From the NCBI RefSeq assembly GCF_036321535.1, contig NC_087447.1:44270001-44334000 (forward strand): a stretch of 64,000 nucleotides of DNA, read 5' to 3'. Source of the DNA: Camelus dromedarius. Lineage: Eukaryota. The stretch's first letter is position 1; every line of letters begins with the position of its first letter. Shown here piece after piece: positions 12,591 to 26,861 of the stretch. A program made the translations under genes and the position numbers. The notes under the pieces are model-generated. The model was not told the DNA's origin and made no database searches. It saw nothing but the letters and a program-made list of their open reading frames with translations.

Positions 12591-15264
12591 CCCAGTTTAC
12601 TTTTTTTTTGTAACTCTTCTGGTCTCTTGGGCTCTGGCTTTAGAGTCATCCCAAAACATCAGAAGGAGGAGGGAAGTGCAAGATAAAAGGAACTCTCCTG
12701 GCTGTCAGTGTTCTCTGATCATGGGAGGAAGAGAAGATGGAGTCTTTGCAGCAACTTTCTTGGTCCTGATGCTTCAATTTTCTTTTATATACACTCCTTA
12801 AAGTCTTTCCCTAACCAGCTGGTCATCTTAGGAGGACCCTGAGTCAAAGACAGCTGAATAAAGTAAGTGGACTCTGTCATCTGCTTCATTCGTCTTCAGG
12901 AGGTCAAGTCTCCCATGTTTTCTTTCTGCCCAAGACACTCACCTCCTTTTACCCTCTTACTCCTAATAAAGACCAAAGATCTATCAGCATTTTTCACATC
13001 TGGTCCATCCTGACACTCAGACCAATATGACTTTCTTCATCTCTTCCACTCATCGCTGGTCTGTGTTTATTCATTCTCTGCCTAGCCGTCCTACAGCCTT
13101 TGCGATCTTCCACTCCTAGTCTATCCTTTCCTTATTATAGTTATCTCGGCCTAATCTCCCCTCTTGGGATCTCTTGTCTATATAGCAAGTTTATTTTACC
13201 CAAATATCATCCATTTTCTCCACGGAAGGTCCAATCTCTGAACTTAATCTAACCTCCTCACATTTTATCTGGTCCTCATGGATCTACTCTCTGACATTTG
13301 ATGTCTGATATCCTTCCATGTTATTTCAACTCTGTCAAATTTTCTGGTCATTCAAGTTCCTCTCTTGATCATTTCCACCCAACTCCTTTTTACATGTTGC
13401 CTTCTTTATACTCCATTCCTACCATCTGCAGTTCAGCTGTTCTGCCCGTATCGTGCCTTTCTCCAATCTCCCTCTCATGCGTGCATCCCTACAGCCATTA
13501 CCACACCTTTATTATTCAGCTACTAAAGCAGACCCTATAATAAGAACTGTTGTCAAAAGGACAGACAAAAATACCAGTAAATGATCTATGTCTGTAGAAA
13601 TATGGATAGCTTTGGAGGGTGATAACTAACAAACTGAAAAGTGAAAGATAAATAAGAATTCCTAACAGCAAGGGTGGGCATTTTTGACAGAATGAAGAGT
13701 ATGTGCAAATCACAGAGTTAGAGAAGTCCTCTAGCATCATGTTTGGAAAAAGGAAAATAGTGGGCAATGACTGGACAGTTGCAGGACAGTTAAAAGAAAA
13801 TACATTTTGATGTATTACTGAGCGGTTTTGTATGTGTTTCCCCAAATCAGATGTCCTTGGAGTTAGAGTTCTACATAAAATTTTCACTCGAGAAACACGA
13901 GGAGGTTAGACTGATGAAAGTTAGGGCTGGAGGAAGAAAGACCAGCCAACAGGCTATTGAAATACTTAAATCAAGAACTATGAAAGACCTGAGTGGTATA
14001 AGGGACCAGGGGGAAGGCGGTAGAAATAGGACAGGAAAAATGGGACAAATATGAGAGATAAAGTGGAAGTTTAGGTAAAACTTGAATTAGTTGTGGATGG
14101 GATGTGGGGTTGGGGTGGGAGGATAGGTACAGAAGATATAGGAAACTTCAAGATCTCTGGTATAGGTGACCGCAGAGAAACTAATTTCATTCTGATAGAG
14201 AAGTAAGAGGCTTGGGAAATTTTTTTCTAGACATACTGCACTTGAGGTGACATCACGGGAACCGTATCCACTCTCTGCTATACCATTAAGGATGTATGGG
14301 GCCACTTCGGCATACAGTTCCTCTTTCATCTACCTGAGCAATAGCAGCAGTGATACAGCTAGAAAAACGATGGCTAGGCGTTCCCAGGCTCTAGTGGGAC
14401 CGGGGGAGAGAGGGTCCTTATCCAACCAGAGACAAGGAAAGAAAGAAAGGACAACTAGTGTTTCTACAAGGAGATGCCACATGCGGCAGGACTGGAAGGT
14501 TAAGCAGGAGTTAGGTGATACTCCTGCTGTATGCCAAGAGCTGCAGGGCACAAAATACAATGTGGGCTGTGACAAGGGATAAGGTTTTGGCAACAGCAGT
14601 AGCAGGTCACCAAGGACTTCTACGCCTTGTTAAATAGCTTGAACATTATTGTGTAGACAATGCGGTACTACAGAAGGTTAAATAGGGGAGTGAGATGGTC
14701 AGATTTGAGCTTTAGGAGAGAGACTATAGGCAGTGAGACCAATTAAGGGGCTAATCTTTTTTTTTTTCCAAGTGTGCAGAGCATCACAGGTGAACACAGA
14801 GATTAATGGATGAGCAGGAAGGTCTGGGGCCAAAAGGATCAAAGGCACAATAAACAGCATATGAGGCGAGTATTGAGGACAAAGAGTCAAAGCTTAGATT
14901 ATGAATGACAATTGTAATTTAGAGGTTCCCATTTATGAGCTAGTATGTGGTGTAAGCATAGGCGTCGCAGCTTAAGCTCTCAGGGATGAGAAGAGGAAGA
15001 TTACCTTTTTCTGCCCCACAACTCTTACTTAGCCTGTGGGCTGGAACATATTTGATCCAGCAATACTTTTGAAATAAATGGTGGATGTGGATAGAAAGGA
15101 TGGAAGTGATGGGAAACGTATGGGCATTCTGTAGTTACATTAAAGTACTCTAGTATTGAGAGAAATGCCAAGGGCTTAAGTACTGATCAGTGCTCCAGGA
15201 CTGATTGCAGAGCAGAAAGAGAAGAGAAACTCAAGTACAAAATCATTAGCAGGTCTGATGTTTT

Positions 15265-15478
15265 CAGATTCCATAGGTAACTGAGATAGACAGTATTTGT
15301 CTTTCTCTGGCTTATTTCACTAGCATAATGTCCTCAAGATCCATCCATGTTGTCACAAATGGCAGGATTTCTTTTTATGGATGAATAATATATATATCAC
15401 CTGAAATTAGCACAGTATTGTAAATTGACTATGCTTTAATAAAAAAATAAACTCATATTAAATTGAAAAAAAAAAAGA
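15265..15478. mobile_element. L1 3' fragments: a reverse segment followed by a forward tail (possible 5' inversion)
   Basis: Reverse L1 3'UTR ~15265-15395 abuts forward cacctgaaattagcacagtattgtaaattgac plus polyA. No clear TSD. Confidence 0.55.
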
Positions 15479-15845
15479 GTCATGATCCGGCACACAGACA
15501 CATTTTCACTTCATGGCGGAACCATGTTCTTAATATTTTTGGTTTTGGTCTATGTTCTTCAAGGACCAGCTAGTGCCGTTTTTACCTGGTGCTTATCAAT
15601 ACTTGCTTCTCCAGGAGCCAGAATAACTCCTATCCGATCCCAATACAGAGCAGCTGATTTCTGTCCACTTCTATCTTATTTGCAGATCACAGAGGAGAAC
15701 AGCGGCCTCGGCTCAGTGGTGATTTGTCTGCGGAACACACTGCCTTCTAGCAACAGAAACCCAGCCAGAGAAAGGCTGCGTTCTTGCTGCCGCCTCCGGA
15801 AGGCGCTCTGCCCTCCCCTGAAGAGCGGCGGACAAGGCCGACCCC

Positions 15846-16829
15846 ATGGAGAGGAAGAACCAGAGTGGGAGCGTGAGTGAGTTTGTGCTGCGGGGCTTCC
15901 CAGCTCCCGTGCCTCTGCGGGCACTACTGTTTGCCCTCTCTCTCCTGGCCTACGTGTTGGTGCTGACTGAGAACATACTCATCGTTACGGCAATCAGGAA
16001 CCACCCCACCCTCCACAAACCCATGTACTTCTTTCTGGCTAACATGTCATTCCTGGAGATTTGGTATGTTACAGTCACTATTCCCAAGATGCTAGCTGGC
16101 TTTGTTGGGCCCAAACAGGGCCACGGACAGCGGATCTCCTTTGAGGGCTGCATGACGCAGCTTTACTTTTTCCTAGGGCTGGGCTGCACGGAGTGTGTCC
16201 TGCTGGCAGTCATGGCTTATGACCGCTATGTGGCCATCTGCCACCCTCTCCACTACCCTGTCATTGTCAGTAGCCGGCTGTGTGTGCAGCTGGCAGCTGG
16301 CTCCTGGGCTGGTGGTTTTGGCATCTCCATGGTCAAGGTTTTTCTCATTTCTCGCCTCTCTTACTGTGGCCCCAACATCATCAATCACTTTTTCTGTGAT
16401 GTCTCCCCTTTGCTCAACCTTTCATGCACTGACATGTCCACAGCAGAGCTTACAGACTTTGTCTTGGCCATTTTTATCCTGCTGGGGCCCCTCTCTGTCA
16501 CTGGAGCCTCCTACGTGGCCATCACTGGTGCTGTGATGCGCATTCCCTCGGCTGCTGGGCGCCATAAAGCCTTTTCCACCTGTGCCTCTCACCTCACTGT
16601 CGTGGTCGTCTTTTATGCAGCCAGTATCTTCATCTACGCCCGCCCAAAAGCACTCTCAGCTTTTGACACCAACAAGCTGGTGTCTGTACTCTATGCTGTC
16701 ATTGTACCGCTGCTCAATCCCATCATTTACTGCTTGCGTAACCAAGAGGTAAAGAGAGCCTTACGTCGAACTCTGCACCTGTACCAGCCCCAGGATGCTA
16801 AGCCTGGGAAAGCTAGCAGAGTTGGGTAG
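15846..16829 (+). CDS. OR6A2: Olfactory receptor 6A2 (orthologue of rat I7/mouse Olfr2, aliphatic aldehyde receptor), 327 aa, intact
   Basis: All OR motifs present ([51 protein letters not shown]). Length, the ECL1 insert (GPKQGHGQ), K164 and the C-terminus match I7/OR6A2 as recalled. Confidence 0.96.
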   Translation: MERKNQSGSVSEFVLRGFPAPVPLRALLFALSLLAYVLVLTENILIVTAIRNHPTLHKPMYFFLANMSFLEIWYVTVTIPKMLAGFVGPKQGHGQRISFEGCMTQLYFFLGLGCTECVLLAVMAYDRYVAICHPLHYPVIVSSRLCVQLAAGSWAGGFGISMVKVFLISRLSYCGPNIINHFFCDVSPLLNLSCTDMSTAELTDFVLAIFILLGPLSVTGASYVAITGAVMRIPSAAGRHKAFSTCASHLTVVVVFYAASIFIYARPKALSAFDTNKLVSVLYAVIVPLLNPIIYCLRNQEVKRALRRTLHLYQPQDAKPGKASRVG

Positions 16830-19769
16830 AAGGGAGGTGTTAAATCTTAGAAAATGCTCTAAAACTTACGGTCTATGTCTTCTATGAAGTCCAGAGATCT
16901 CCTAGAGTCTAAATTAAGGACTAGAGTTTCAGAGGCACCACCAAAGAACCTGTTGAGGACGAGGAAGAGGGGTGGATTACAAGCTAAAAGTTAGATTTCT
17001 TCAAGATAAGGTTGTAACATATAGGCTAGAAGCTGATTCTGTGTCGTCTGCTCTATTGTAATTTATGTAGAGCAGGTTCACGAATCATGCATCCTTGGGA
17101 GGTGGAGAGGGATGACTCTGAGCACAAGACGTGACTGAACACCAGTAATTAAAGCAAAGAAAATGCAAAATGCATCTAAGTGGCAATTCCTGGCTTTGTT
17201 CCTGGGGTTTAGTTCTGAGGCAGAAGGTATAGAAAAGGGAAATGGAAGGAGGAAGCCATTCAAGGAAGCAAAGGCTTCATTATGGAAGAACATCAGAAGA
17301 CTTCCGGATGAGATCTCTTCCAGACACAGGACACCAGTGGTAGCCTAGGAGGTAGAGGGCCCCAGATGATCATTCTAGTGTGAATTGCAAGGCAAGGAGA
17401 TAGGACACTGCACATTTTTGTATTGGCAACGTATCACCTCCTGGACCACAGGGGTTTCTTGCTTCATTTCCTGATTTACCAAGGTCAGTGCCCACCCTGG
17501 ACTAGTGGCTAAGTACAGTTGTTTATTTGATCCTCAGTTTCCCTAATTAGACTCTAAGCTCCATGGAGTTAGGCATCACATTGGCTGGTTCTTCATTTTA
17601 TTCCCATGGTCCAGAACAGTACCCAGCACACAGTAGCTAAAAAGAGATATATTAAATGAATATAATTTGAAGCCATGGAGGCCAGGCATGTGTGACACAC
17701 CCAAAGGTAGGACTGGCAGATTCTGGAATTAAACCCCTCATACTTTGCTTGGGTATGGGGAGGTACAAAATGGCTCAGCCTTCCTGGAAGGAAATTTAGC
17801 AATATATATCACAAATGCTGAAAATACCGAAAACATCCTGATGCAGAAATATTTGTGTTGCCAGACATTCTTATTTGTAATAACAAAAACATGTAAATAT
17901 GATACACTTCCACAGTTAAATAATTTATAGTCTATACATTAAATGGAATACAATGGAGACATTAAAATAACATGATCTAAATAGAGTTAGAGAAAAAATA
18001 TCCTGATATAATAAATGAAAAGATTAAGTTATGTAATAGTGTTAAAAGTATGTCTTATTTATCTGTTTATTTGTTTAAATAAGACTAGAAGGAACTTGAC
18101 TAAAATATTAGAGCAGTAATTATGCATTGAACTCCTTGCTATTATAAACTGCATTCTGTGGCAAAGGTATTGTTACCAGCATATTTATTTAAATAAACAT
18201 TTCTTAGCCAGTAAAATTCACAACTTTATTCATCTGGACAAAGAGATGGTTAGAGGGCAGTATGATTTATGGGAATTTAGCTCCTTATAATCACCCAAGA
18301 CCAGAACAGGCTACATGCAGATGTGGGAGCTTTCCGCTGTTGCAGCCTGTGTTTCCTTAGTTGTCTGCAGCTTAATGACGTGCACGAGAGGCTATAGTCT
18401 ATAAAAATACTGAATCACTATGCTGTACCCCAGAAACTAACATAATATTGTAAATCAACTATAACTTCAATATAAAGAAAAAGTATATGAAAGGCTACTA
18501 GCATGGATATCGGGCATTATTAGGTCATCCCTACTTATTAAAAATTCTACTGTAGCATTCTTATCTATCTATGCCAAGAGAATTACATAATCTTGTAAGT
18601 ATTTTGGTACTATAATTTATACATTTCAGAGTTCATCAAAAATCTATCCCCCAACTGTCCCCATAGAGTAAGTTTCTGAAATGGGGTATTGGACTGGGAT
18701 GGGCATGTCCTCCTCTGGGCATCACTATTGTAACTATTTTATGAGCCTCCTTATCGGTTAACTCCAGTTAGTGGGAAGTGAAAACGTGGTGTCGATTTCC
18801 TTCATTGTGTTTTCCTAGCTTTTTACAATAAAATGCATTATTTTGGGAGGGTGTGAAAAACACCTCTAATTCTGACTTCAAAATTTGAAACCAAATACTT
18901 CAGGCACAGGAAAAGTGTTTAGTATGGTATCCTGCACATATTTGTCTTTCAACAACAAAAATCAGAATATGTTTGAGTCAGTGTGAACTCTGGTGGGACT
19001 GACGTGTGGACGGCATTTTCATGGTCACATGATCCTCATGGCTTATATTGAGTTTGAAATTACAAACCCTAAGATTTTTTAAAGTAATGATCAGATTAAG
19101 TATTCGTCATCCTCCATTGAGGTATTTAATTTTTCCATAAACTTAGAGAGAGGACTTTATGCTATCTTTATTACATTTGACTGGTTTTTTTCAAATCATC
19201 CTTATGGTCTGCCAATCTTTCAAAATATTGCATAGGTAATGCAACCATTTTGTAATCCCCTTTTGCCAGTGTAGTGTCTGGGGGAGGTCACCAGTCTCCA
19301 TCACTACAGGAAACAGGAGTACTAGATCCAGGTGGTGTCTTTCAGATAGGAGAGATACCCAGTGGCCAGAGGCAACTAACGTCCTCAGAGCAAGTGAAGA
19401 CCAACGTGGACAGCTTCTGTGCTCAAATATATCTACGGATTCCCACCAACTTTGAATAAACTCCGAGTTTCTTAGTCTGCCCTTCAACTTTCTTTACAAT
19501 ATGATCTTAATTTTCCTTTTGGTTTTTATTATATTTTTTTGCCCACTACAACCTCGTGCAGATGAATTTTAGAGTGTGATTAACTTTTTTTTTTGACTTG
19601 AACTTAATAATCCAATATCTTTTCCTATTTCCTAACATTTTATACTGAACAGACTCAGAAAATATCCAAAAACTGTGCTGGAAAACAGCATTTAAAACAA
19701 AATAATATTCTTCTGTAGTACTAAAAACCCCATCCTGCCTCGTTAAAAAAACAAACCATTTTTACAATT

Positions 19770-20115
19770 GTAAAATACAAGTAAAGACTAAGAAATTGTC
19801 AGATCCAGGGGACTAAGAAACAAGAAACCTAAATGTAATGTGGTATCTTAGACTGGACCCTGGGACATAAAAAGGATGTGGAAAACCTGGTAAGATCTGA
19901 ATAAAACCTGGAGTTTAGGTAACAATTACGGACAAGGTTTGCCTTCTTAGTCGCGAAAGTGTACACAGTAATGTAAGGTGCCATTACAAACAAATTAAAA
20001 CGCTACTACAACAGTAATATTAGGAGAAACGAACTGGGGAAGAGAATACGAGAACTCTCTTGTGAAAACTTTTCCATAAATGCCATGTTATTCCAAAATA
20101 AAAAGTTTATTTTAA
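19770..20115 (+). mobile_element. Ancient L1M 3'UTR remnant
   Basis: taaatgtaatgtggtatc...ctgg and terminal ttattccaaaataaaaagttt are typical of old L1M 3' ends (recall). Confidence 0.6.
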
Positions 20116-23100
20116 AAAGAATGATATTGCCAGTCTTTTTATACTAAATAATAGAATTCAATTCATTTCAGTGACTTCAGATTGACTTTTCCAAAATCTT
20201 CTGTATTTTTAATCCTCGTGGAATTCAGGCATCGATGCTGTTTTAATTTAGCTGACTGATAAGGAAGAGTTAAAATAAAGTATAATTCACACATTGTTAT
20301 TGCTTTATATATTTAGCAACCCTGACCAATGATACCAGCCCTTTCAGATGCCACCGTTTGGGGCAGGCAAGCCTGAGCGGACAGCTGCATGAATTGCAGA
20401 GGAGAGAAAGGGTTTATAGCACAAGTGTTTTCATTTTCTCTTAGAGTCATTCCCTGATTTTCATGATCCATAGTCTCATTTCATGCAGACCAGCGGTCCA
20501 GGCTTTCCAGAATAGTGCCAGCTCACCATATGCCTTCAGACAAAGAACATGAATGAGTAGCATGGGAAGGGCGAAGTCCATCCTTCTCCATCAAATTCCA
20601 GCTACTTTATTCTTTTTTTAAAGAACAGGTATGTTTTTACTGGACTACCTAATCCAGAAAGAAGCATGGTATGGATGGATAGAATAAATGATAAATAATG
20701 CAAACATATACTATTTGAAATAAACAGAAATGCATACATGGCTCAGTGGGTCACCTGGAAACAAGACTCTTGTTTGACTTTATTACTGAGCAAAAACAAA
20801 GCTCAATTACAAACACTCTTCTTTTTTTGACATGTATTTGGAGATAGATAGAAAGACACTATTGTACTTGATTTTTTTTTAAAAAACTGATCTTCCCTTA
20901 AGGTCTGATCAGAGAAGTGTAAACAATATAAATGACTCTACCACTCCAGTTGTCACATCACATCTATGTCACTTGTGCATTCTGAGATCACACACACACC
21001 TGCCAAGGTACCTACGAAGGGTGGTTATATCACAGTTACATTTGCGTTCTTAGCAGGCAGGACTGAAGAAGAGTAATTTGGAAAAAGTTTTACATCCTAT
21101 TTAGAACAAATCACATCCTACTTATTTCTTTAAATAACAGGTTACAATAGATGATACGGCCTGAAGTCCTCCTTTATGATCTTTAGGACTTTCTCTCTCT
21201 AAGATCTAAGATCTCTAGAACTTCTCATTTTTTTCACGCCCTTCATCCACCTTTGGTTACTCACAGAGACCCAAGTGTATCTCCTGGGCCTTTGTTCTTA
21301 CAAAACTTCAAGCACTTGATTCTCGATTTTGTGGTTACGGAGGCACAGCTAAGAGCAGAGAGTCTGTGGACTCTCTTGTGGACAACTTGACCCACAGAAG
21401 GGACTGTCATTTCACACTGTTCTTGGACATGGTACACACTTAACAAATGCTCGTCAAATGACTGAGTGCTTCCTGGAGTCCAAGACAGTGGACCCAGGTC
21501 ACAGTGGTTGTCATACCTCAGTGGTCCCGTCTCACCTTCTGCTGTCACCATGCTGCATTCTCTTGTGCCAGTCTCTGCACGGAAAGCCCTCTCACGCCGT
21601 TTCTTCTGATCACATAATGTCTGTGGTTCATACTCCAATGGTTCATATTCCAAAACAGGTAGGATTTTACATTTGTGTACTAATCACTGAGCAGTTTTAG
21701 AACTGCTTTCATATTACTTTTGAAACTAACATTAATGATGTGATGTGGAAAAGGGAATTACTATTACGCTGTTTCTGGAATAATAAACTGAGGAATAAAG
21801 ACAATTTTATGAAGTCAAGTGTCTTTAAAAGAGTGTCTTAAGGTCTTAATCTAGGTGTAGAACCAGATTAAGAACCAGATCCTCTGACTGTGGACCAAAA
21901 TTATTTCCCATCACACTATTTCTACACTATCTTCCTGTCATGACTCCGGAATGACACCTTTTGAGGAAACTTTTCCCAGGATCCTACATTAGAAAGCATT
22001 TCTCTCTCACCGGGGTTCCTAGAGCTCTTTGTTTGTATCTCTCTTCTGGCGCAGGTCACATGCTATGCTCATTACAGTGTGTACTTCAGATTTTACTTAG
22101 AATTCTAGAAGTTTCTGAAGGGCAGAAACCATGACCTACATAGTTTTACTTCAAAGAATGTATAGCATAGTGTCTCGCACATAGAAAGAGCTCAGTAAAA
22201 GCAGGATGTGATTTTTTTTGTAACAAATGAACAAATAAAAGTATTAGTTATCTTATTAACCAATTTAAGTGTCTTATCCTGGTTTTTGAGTAATTTGGGG
22301 CTGCATTACCTTGCATCTAGTAAAGGGGCCACACCCTTTCTGCCAACCTACAGGTATAAATAAAGATGGTCCAGGTATGAAGAGGAATTAATAGGTAGAT
22401 GGAGACTCAGCTTCCCTGTTCAGGTCCCCTGGACAAAGTCTTGGCAACGCACACAGTTTCCCGAGCTCGAGGAAAGACTGAGTGTAAGTGGGCCTCCCGG
22501 GAAGAGGGTGGGGTGAGTGAGAAATATATTCTGCCCCGGCTCCAGTCTTGCTGCTATAATAGCTGCCATGCAGTCTGAGCAGAGACCAGACATGGACCTC
22601 CAGGAAGCACAAAAACATGCCAACCAGCCTGCCTCCCCATGATTAGCCTGTAGAATATTCCACTTTTGGATACAGGGCAAGTGGACCCCGGTAAGTGGCT
22701 GAAGGTACCAGGAGAGATCTGCTGGTCCCTAAAGAAAGCTCTGGGGAGGATGAGGAGAGGCTTGGGGAAATGGCTGCAGGCACTGTTGTCAGATGGGAGA
22801 AAGGGTACTTGTGGGGAATAAACGGGGAAATGAAGATTCAGTGCATCTTTCCCCACAGCTGGGGAAATTTGGGCAGCTGTGAGATCTTTTGGATGTTGGA
22901 CCAGGGCATAGAAGATATGTTTCCTGCTCCAGAAGAAGTCTATTGGTGTCTGAGTTTTCTCTTGAGAACAAGCACACAAAACTGAAAAAAGGTTCTACAG
23001 TTTACTGAAAGGATTTCTTTCCTTGGATCCCACAGAGATCCTGGAGCTCAGTACTGTGAATTCTGAAAACAAGGGAAACGGTAAGAGGGAATTCTGCATC

Positions 23101-24634
23101 TCTCCATAATACAAAATATAGCCTGCTCGGAGGTATATCTGTGGCAAAAGAAAAAAAAGTGGAGGAGAATATAAAATATCAGGGTGAACTTGGATGTATG
23201 AAAGCACAACGTTAGAGAGAGTAGATAAGAAAGTGAGCTGTAACTCAGAGCTCTTCAAAGACGATAAATCCTGTTCCCCAGGATACACCCCTTACCTCTT
23301 TCCCCAGAATATGACAAAAAAATAAAAATGGGTGAGAAAGTGAGAATGAAAATGGCTACATGTGAGTAGCATGGGTGAGTCCAGTGTGACATAATATGAT
23401 AGTGATATAATAATAAATAGCACTTATATACAGAATAACCATGGACCAATTCCCATGCCATGTGCTTTCTGTACATTATCACATTTATTCTCACAAGAAA
23501 CCAATAAGGTAGGCATTTTTAACATTATACTGTTTTACACTAGCAGGTACTGAACTGTTACGTGTTCTCCTGGATGACAGCTAGCAGCCCCATGCTGACT
23601 CTAAAGTTAGTGCTCATAACTAGCATGCAAAGGTGAGTGTGTGGGAAATTGTGTGGCTGATGGTTCTGAAGGGAAGTCTCTCCATTCTTCCTACGGGGAC
23701 AAGAAAGTGGGAAAACTCTCTGCTTTCTGCTACCAGAACCAGTTTTGCTTGAAAAGGTCGGGAACTGCTTACTAATGAACTATATCGGGGGGTGAAAGAT
23801 GTCAGCTGGGATCCCAGTGGGGGAGACAGGATCTCTTTCCACCCAGCAAGCAGGGCAGAGCTCTGCTGATGGATGCTGCTGTGGAAAGCAGTTAGTGGAG
23901 CCAATCATATGCATCTTGGCCCTTCATTCCTCTGTCCCTGGCCATGAGCCATGGCCAGAAGATGTCTAGTCCAGTGGGATTTCAGGATGACCCTTGATTC
24001 GTCTCCCACCCTCTGTGTGTTAAGTGAACAGTACAGTGGACAAATTGCTTGGCTGTAAGAGTGAACAGTGATATTCTGGAAACAGGACATCAACTCAGTC
24101 TTTATGGATGAGTGTGGAATTTAGTGGAGATACACACTGATTTACATTTTTTTAAGAGATGACACTGTGGTAACCTCTTTCCTTAACCACAGATTAAAAT
24201 AATTGGACAGGCTCACAAACAATTCTTCCCTCTGCCTTGTAAGAGCAGCCTATTCTTGTGCTGTGTTCATGTATGCTCCTGCCTCCCTTTTCCTTACCCT
24301 TCTAGGCAGAGTCTGCAGCAAAGGCTGATAGAGACCCTGACCTACCAGGTGATCAGAACCAAGGATCATATCCAGTGCTCTCTGACCTGCTGGACATGCT
24401 TGTCATGGAAGTGCCCTGGGGGTGCAAGTTGAGAGTGTGTCCAAAGATGTAGCCTGATGGGTGCCTCATGCCAGCAAAGATCCTGAAATCACAATCCTCT
24501 GCCCCTGGACTATTTCCTATGGATCCTCAAACTCTAAGAGACACATTGATTCACTTGTGAATCCATATTCATTTAATATTCATGTGTTTGTCAGACACTA
24601 TCCTAGGCATTGGATTGACAGTCATGAAGGACGA

Positions 24635-25070
24635 GGTTTATTGAGATATAATCAACACATAACATCGTGTAAGATTAAAGTGTATAGTATGATGATTTAA
24701 GACACATATATATTGTGAAATAATTACCCAGTAAGGTTAGTTACCACCTCTATCACATCACATAATTTTGATTTCTTTGTGTGTATGATGAAAACATTTA
24801 AGATCTACTCTCTTAAGTGGGGAGGGTATAGCTCAGTGGTAGAGCATGTGCTTAGCATGTAGGAGGTCCTAGGTTCAATCCCCAGTACCTCCATTAAAAA
24901 ATAATAATAATTTTGAAAAAAAACTTAAAATAAGTAAGATCTACTCTCTTAACAACTTTCAAGTATATAATTCAATGCTAACACCTATAGTCACCAGACT
25001 GTACCTTAGATCCCCAGAACTTATTCACCTTATAGCTGGAATATTATACCCTTTGACCAACATCTCCCTG
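24635..25070 (-). mobile_element. L1MA-type 3' end remnant (host of the SINE)
   Basis: Reverse L1 3' end motifs (ttaagatctactctctta, tccccagaacttattca). A similar copy lies at ~58510-58775. Confidence 0.7.
24817..24934 (+). mobile_element. tRNA(Ala)-derived SINE, camelid Vic-1-like
   Basis: A box (TAGCTCAGTGG), B box (GGTTCAATCCC), A-rich tail. 18-bp TSD TAAGATCTACTCTCTTAA at 24799-24816 and 24935-24952. Confidence 0.9.
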
Positions 25071-25916
25071 AGTTTTGAAAGATGCATTGTACAGGAGAGA
25101 GATCTCAATGCATGAGGGGGCTGTGCACCAGGAAATACTGCTGTTGAAGTATTTGACCCAGATTTGGTGAGATATCTCCTAAACATGATCTTGAATCTTG
25201 AATCAGTAGATAAAGATTGGGGAATGGCCATGAGAGGAAAGAGTGTATGCAAACTGTAAGAATAATTATAGGGTGGTTGGGGAGCAAAACTATTTGAGTA
25301 CATCTCAAGCATGGAAATCATTTAGAGGGTCACAAGAGATGAGGCCGGAGAAATGGGTAGGGATCCAAATATGAAAACTTCATCTAAAGTAACTGGAGAG
25401 TCATTAAGGAATTGTCCAAGAGTATTACCATTTTTTAAATAACCATAGACTCTACTTTGAGGAAACTGTAGTGGAGCAAAGGACTACAGCCAATAGACCA
25501 CCCCCAGATTAAACTTTGGAACTTTTACTGACATGATGTCATCTTCCACATTTCTTTACAGGAAGGAAAAATATATTTGTGCTGTGAGTCCCTAATTAAA
25601 CAGAGATCTGAAACCAACAAAGGAGATATTATCGGTCCACATTCATGGACAAAGGAGCTAAGAATGACATGGAGAGTGACATCCAAATATTCCATCAGGT
25701 GAGTGAGAGGTAGGGATGGGAGTGCACTTAGATTCTGGGAGACTTTCATAAAAAACACAGAAAAAGTTTTTGATCAAAATGTGTTCCTCACATTTAAAGA
25801 TTCCCAGGAAAGACTGATTTACAACCTTATTTTGGTCTCCTATCTGATGCCATAGTCATCTTCACTATTTGTGACGTTGTCGTAGAGGACTTCAATACCT
25901 CCCAGCGCCCTCAGTC

Positions 25917-26861
25917 ATGCTGGGGAGAAACATCACTGTGCTCAGTGAGTTCATCCTGGTGGGCTTCCCCACCGCCCCCTGGCTGCAGGTCCTGCTCTTT
26001 TTCCTCTTCCTTGTGGTCTACCTGCTGGTGGTCCTAGAGAATCTTGTCATCATGCTCACTGTCTGGGCCACTGGCTCCCTCCATAAGCCCATGTACTATT
26101 TCCTGAGTAGCTTGTCCTTCCTGGAGGTCTGGTATGTCTCCGTCACAGTCCCCAAGATGCTGGACGGCTTCCTCCTGCAGAGACGGCGCATCTTCTTCAC
26201 AGGGTGCATGACCCAGCTCTACTTCTTTATCTCGCTCGCGTGCACGGAGTGTGTGCTCCTGGCAGCCATGGCCTATGACCGCTATGTGGCCATCTGCCAC
26301 CCTCTCCAATACACGGTCATCATGACCACAGCTTACTGTGTGCGGCTGGTGGCTGTCTCCTATGTGAGTGGTTTCATGGTCTCTGTGATCAAGGTCTATT
26401 TCATTTCACATGTTGCCTTTTGTGGCTCCAATATCATGAACCACTTTTTCTATGACATCTCACCAATCCTCAAGCTGGCCTGCAAAGACATGTCCACGGC
26501 TGAGCTGGTGGACTTTGCCTTGGCTATTGTCATTCTTGTCTTCCCTCTCACCACCACCATCCTCTCCTACGTCTACATCGTCTCCACCATCCTGCACATA
26601 CCCTCCACCCAGGGAAGGAAGAAGGCCTTCTCCACCTGTGCGTCCCACCTCACTGTCGTCGTGATTTATTACACAGCCATGATTTTCATGTATGTTCGGC
26701 CCAGAGCTATCTCATCGTTTAACTCCAACAAACTCATCTCAGCCGTGTATGCAGTCCTCACACCCATGCTAAATCCGTTCATCTACTGTCTGAGGAACCA
26801 GGAAGTCAAGAGTGCTATCAGAAAGACTGTGGGGGTTGGCCAGTGCCTTCTGCTCAGCTGA
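25917..26861 (+). CDS. Olfactory receptor, family 6B-like, 314 aa; open ORF but C179Y
   Basis: OR motifs [45 protein letters not shown]-glycosylation site NIT. Close paralogue of 38989-39945. Confidence 0.93.
   Translation: MLGRNITVLSEFILVGFPTAPWLQVLLFFLFLVVYLLVVLENLVIMLTVWATGSLHKPMYYFLSSLSFLEVWYVSVTVPKMLDGFLLQRRRIFFTGCMTQLYFFISLACTECVLLAAMAYDRYVAICHPLQYTVIMTTAYCVRLVAVSYVSGFMVSVIKVYFISHVAFCGSNIMNHFFYDISPILKLACKDMSTAELVDFALAIVILVFPLTTTILSYVYIVSTILHIPSTQGRKKAFSTCASHLTVVVIYYTAMIFMYVRPRAISSFNSNKLISAVYAVLTPMLNPFIYCLRNQEVKSAIRKTVGVGQCLLLS

Noticed and set aside
10700..15800. P-element-like OR enhancer upstream of OR6A2
   Set aside because: By eye I found no AACTTTTTAATGA-type homeodomain 13-mer with adjacent O/E sites; it may lie outside the window, and an alignment to the mouse element would be needed.
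24819..24892. Apparent tRNA-Ala gene (also 33794-33866)
   Set aside because: A-rich tail, TSD and insertion into an L1 mark it as a tRNA-derived SINE.
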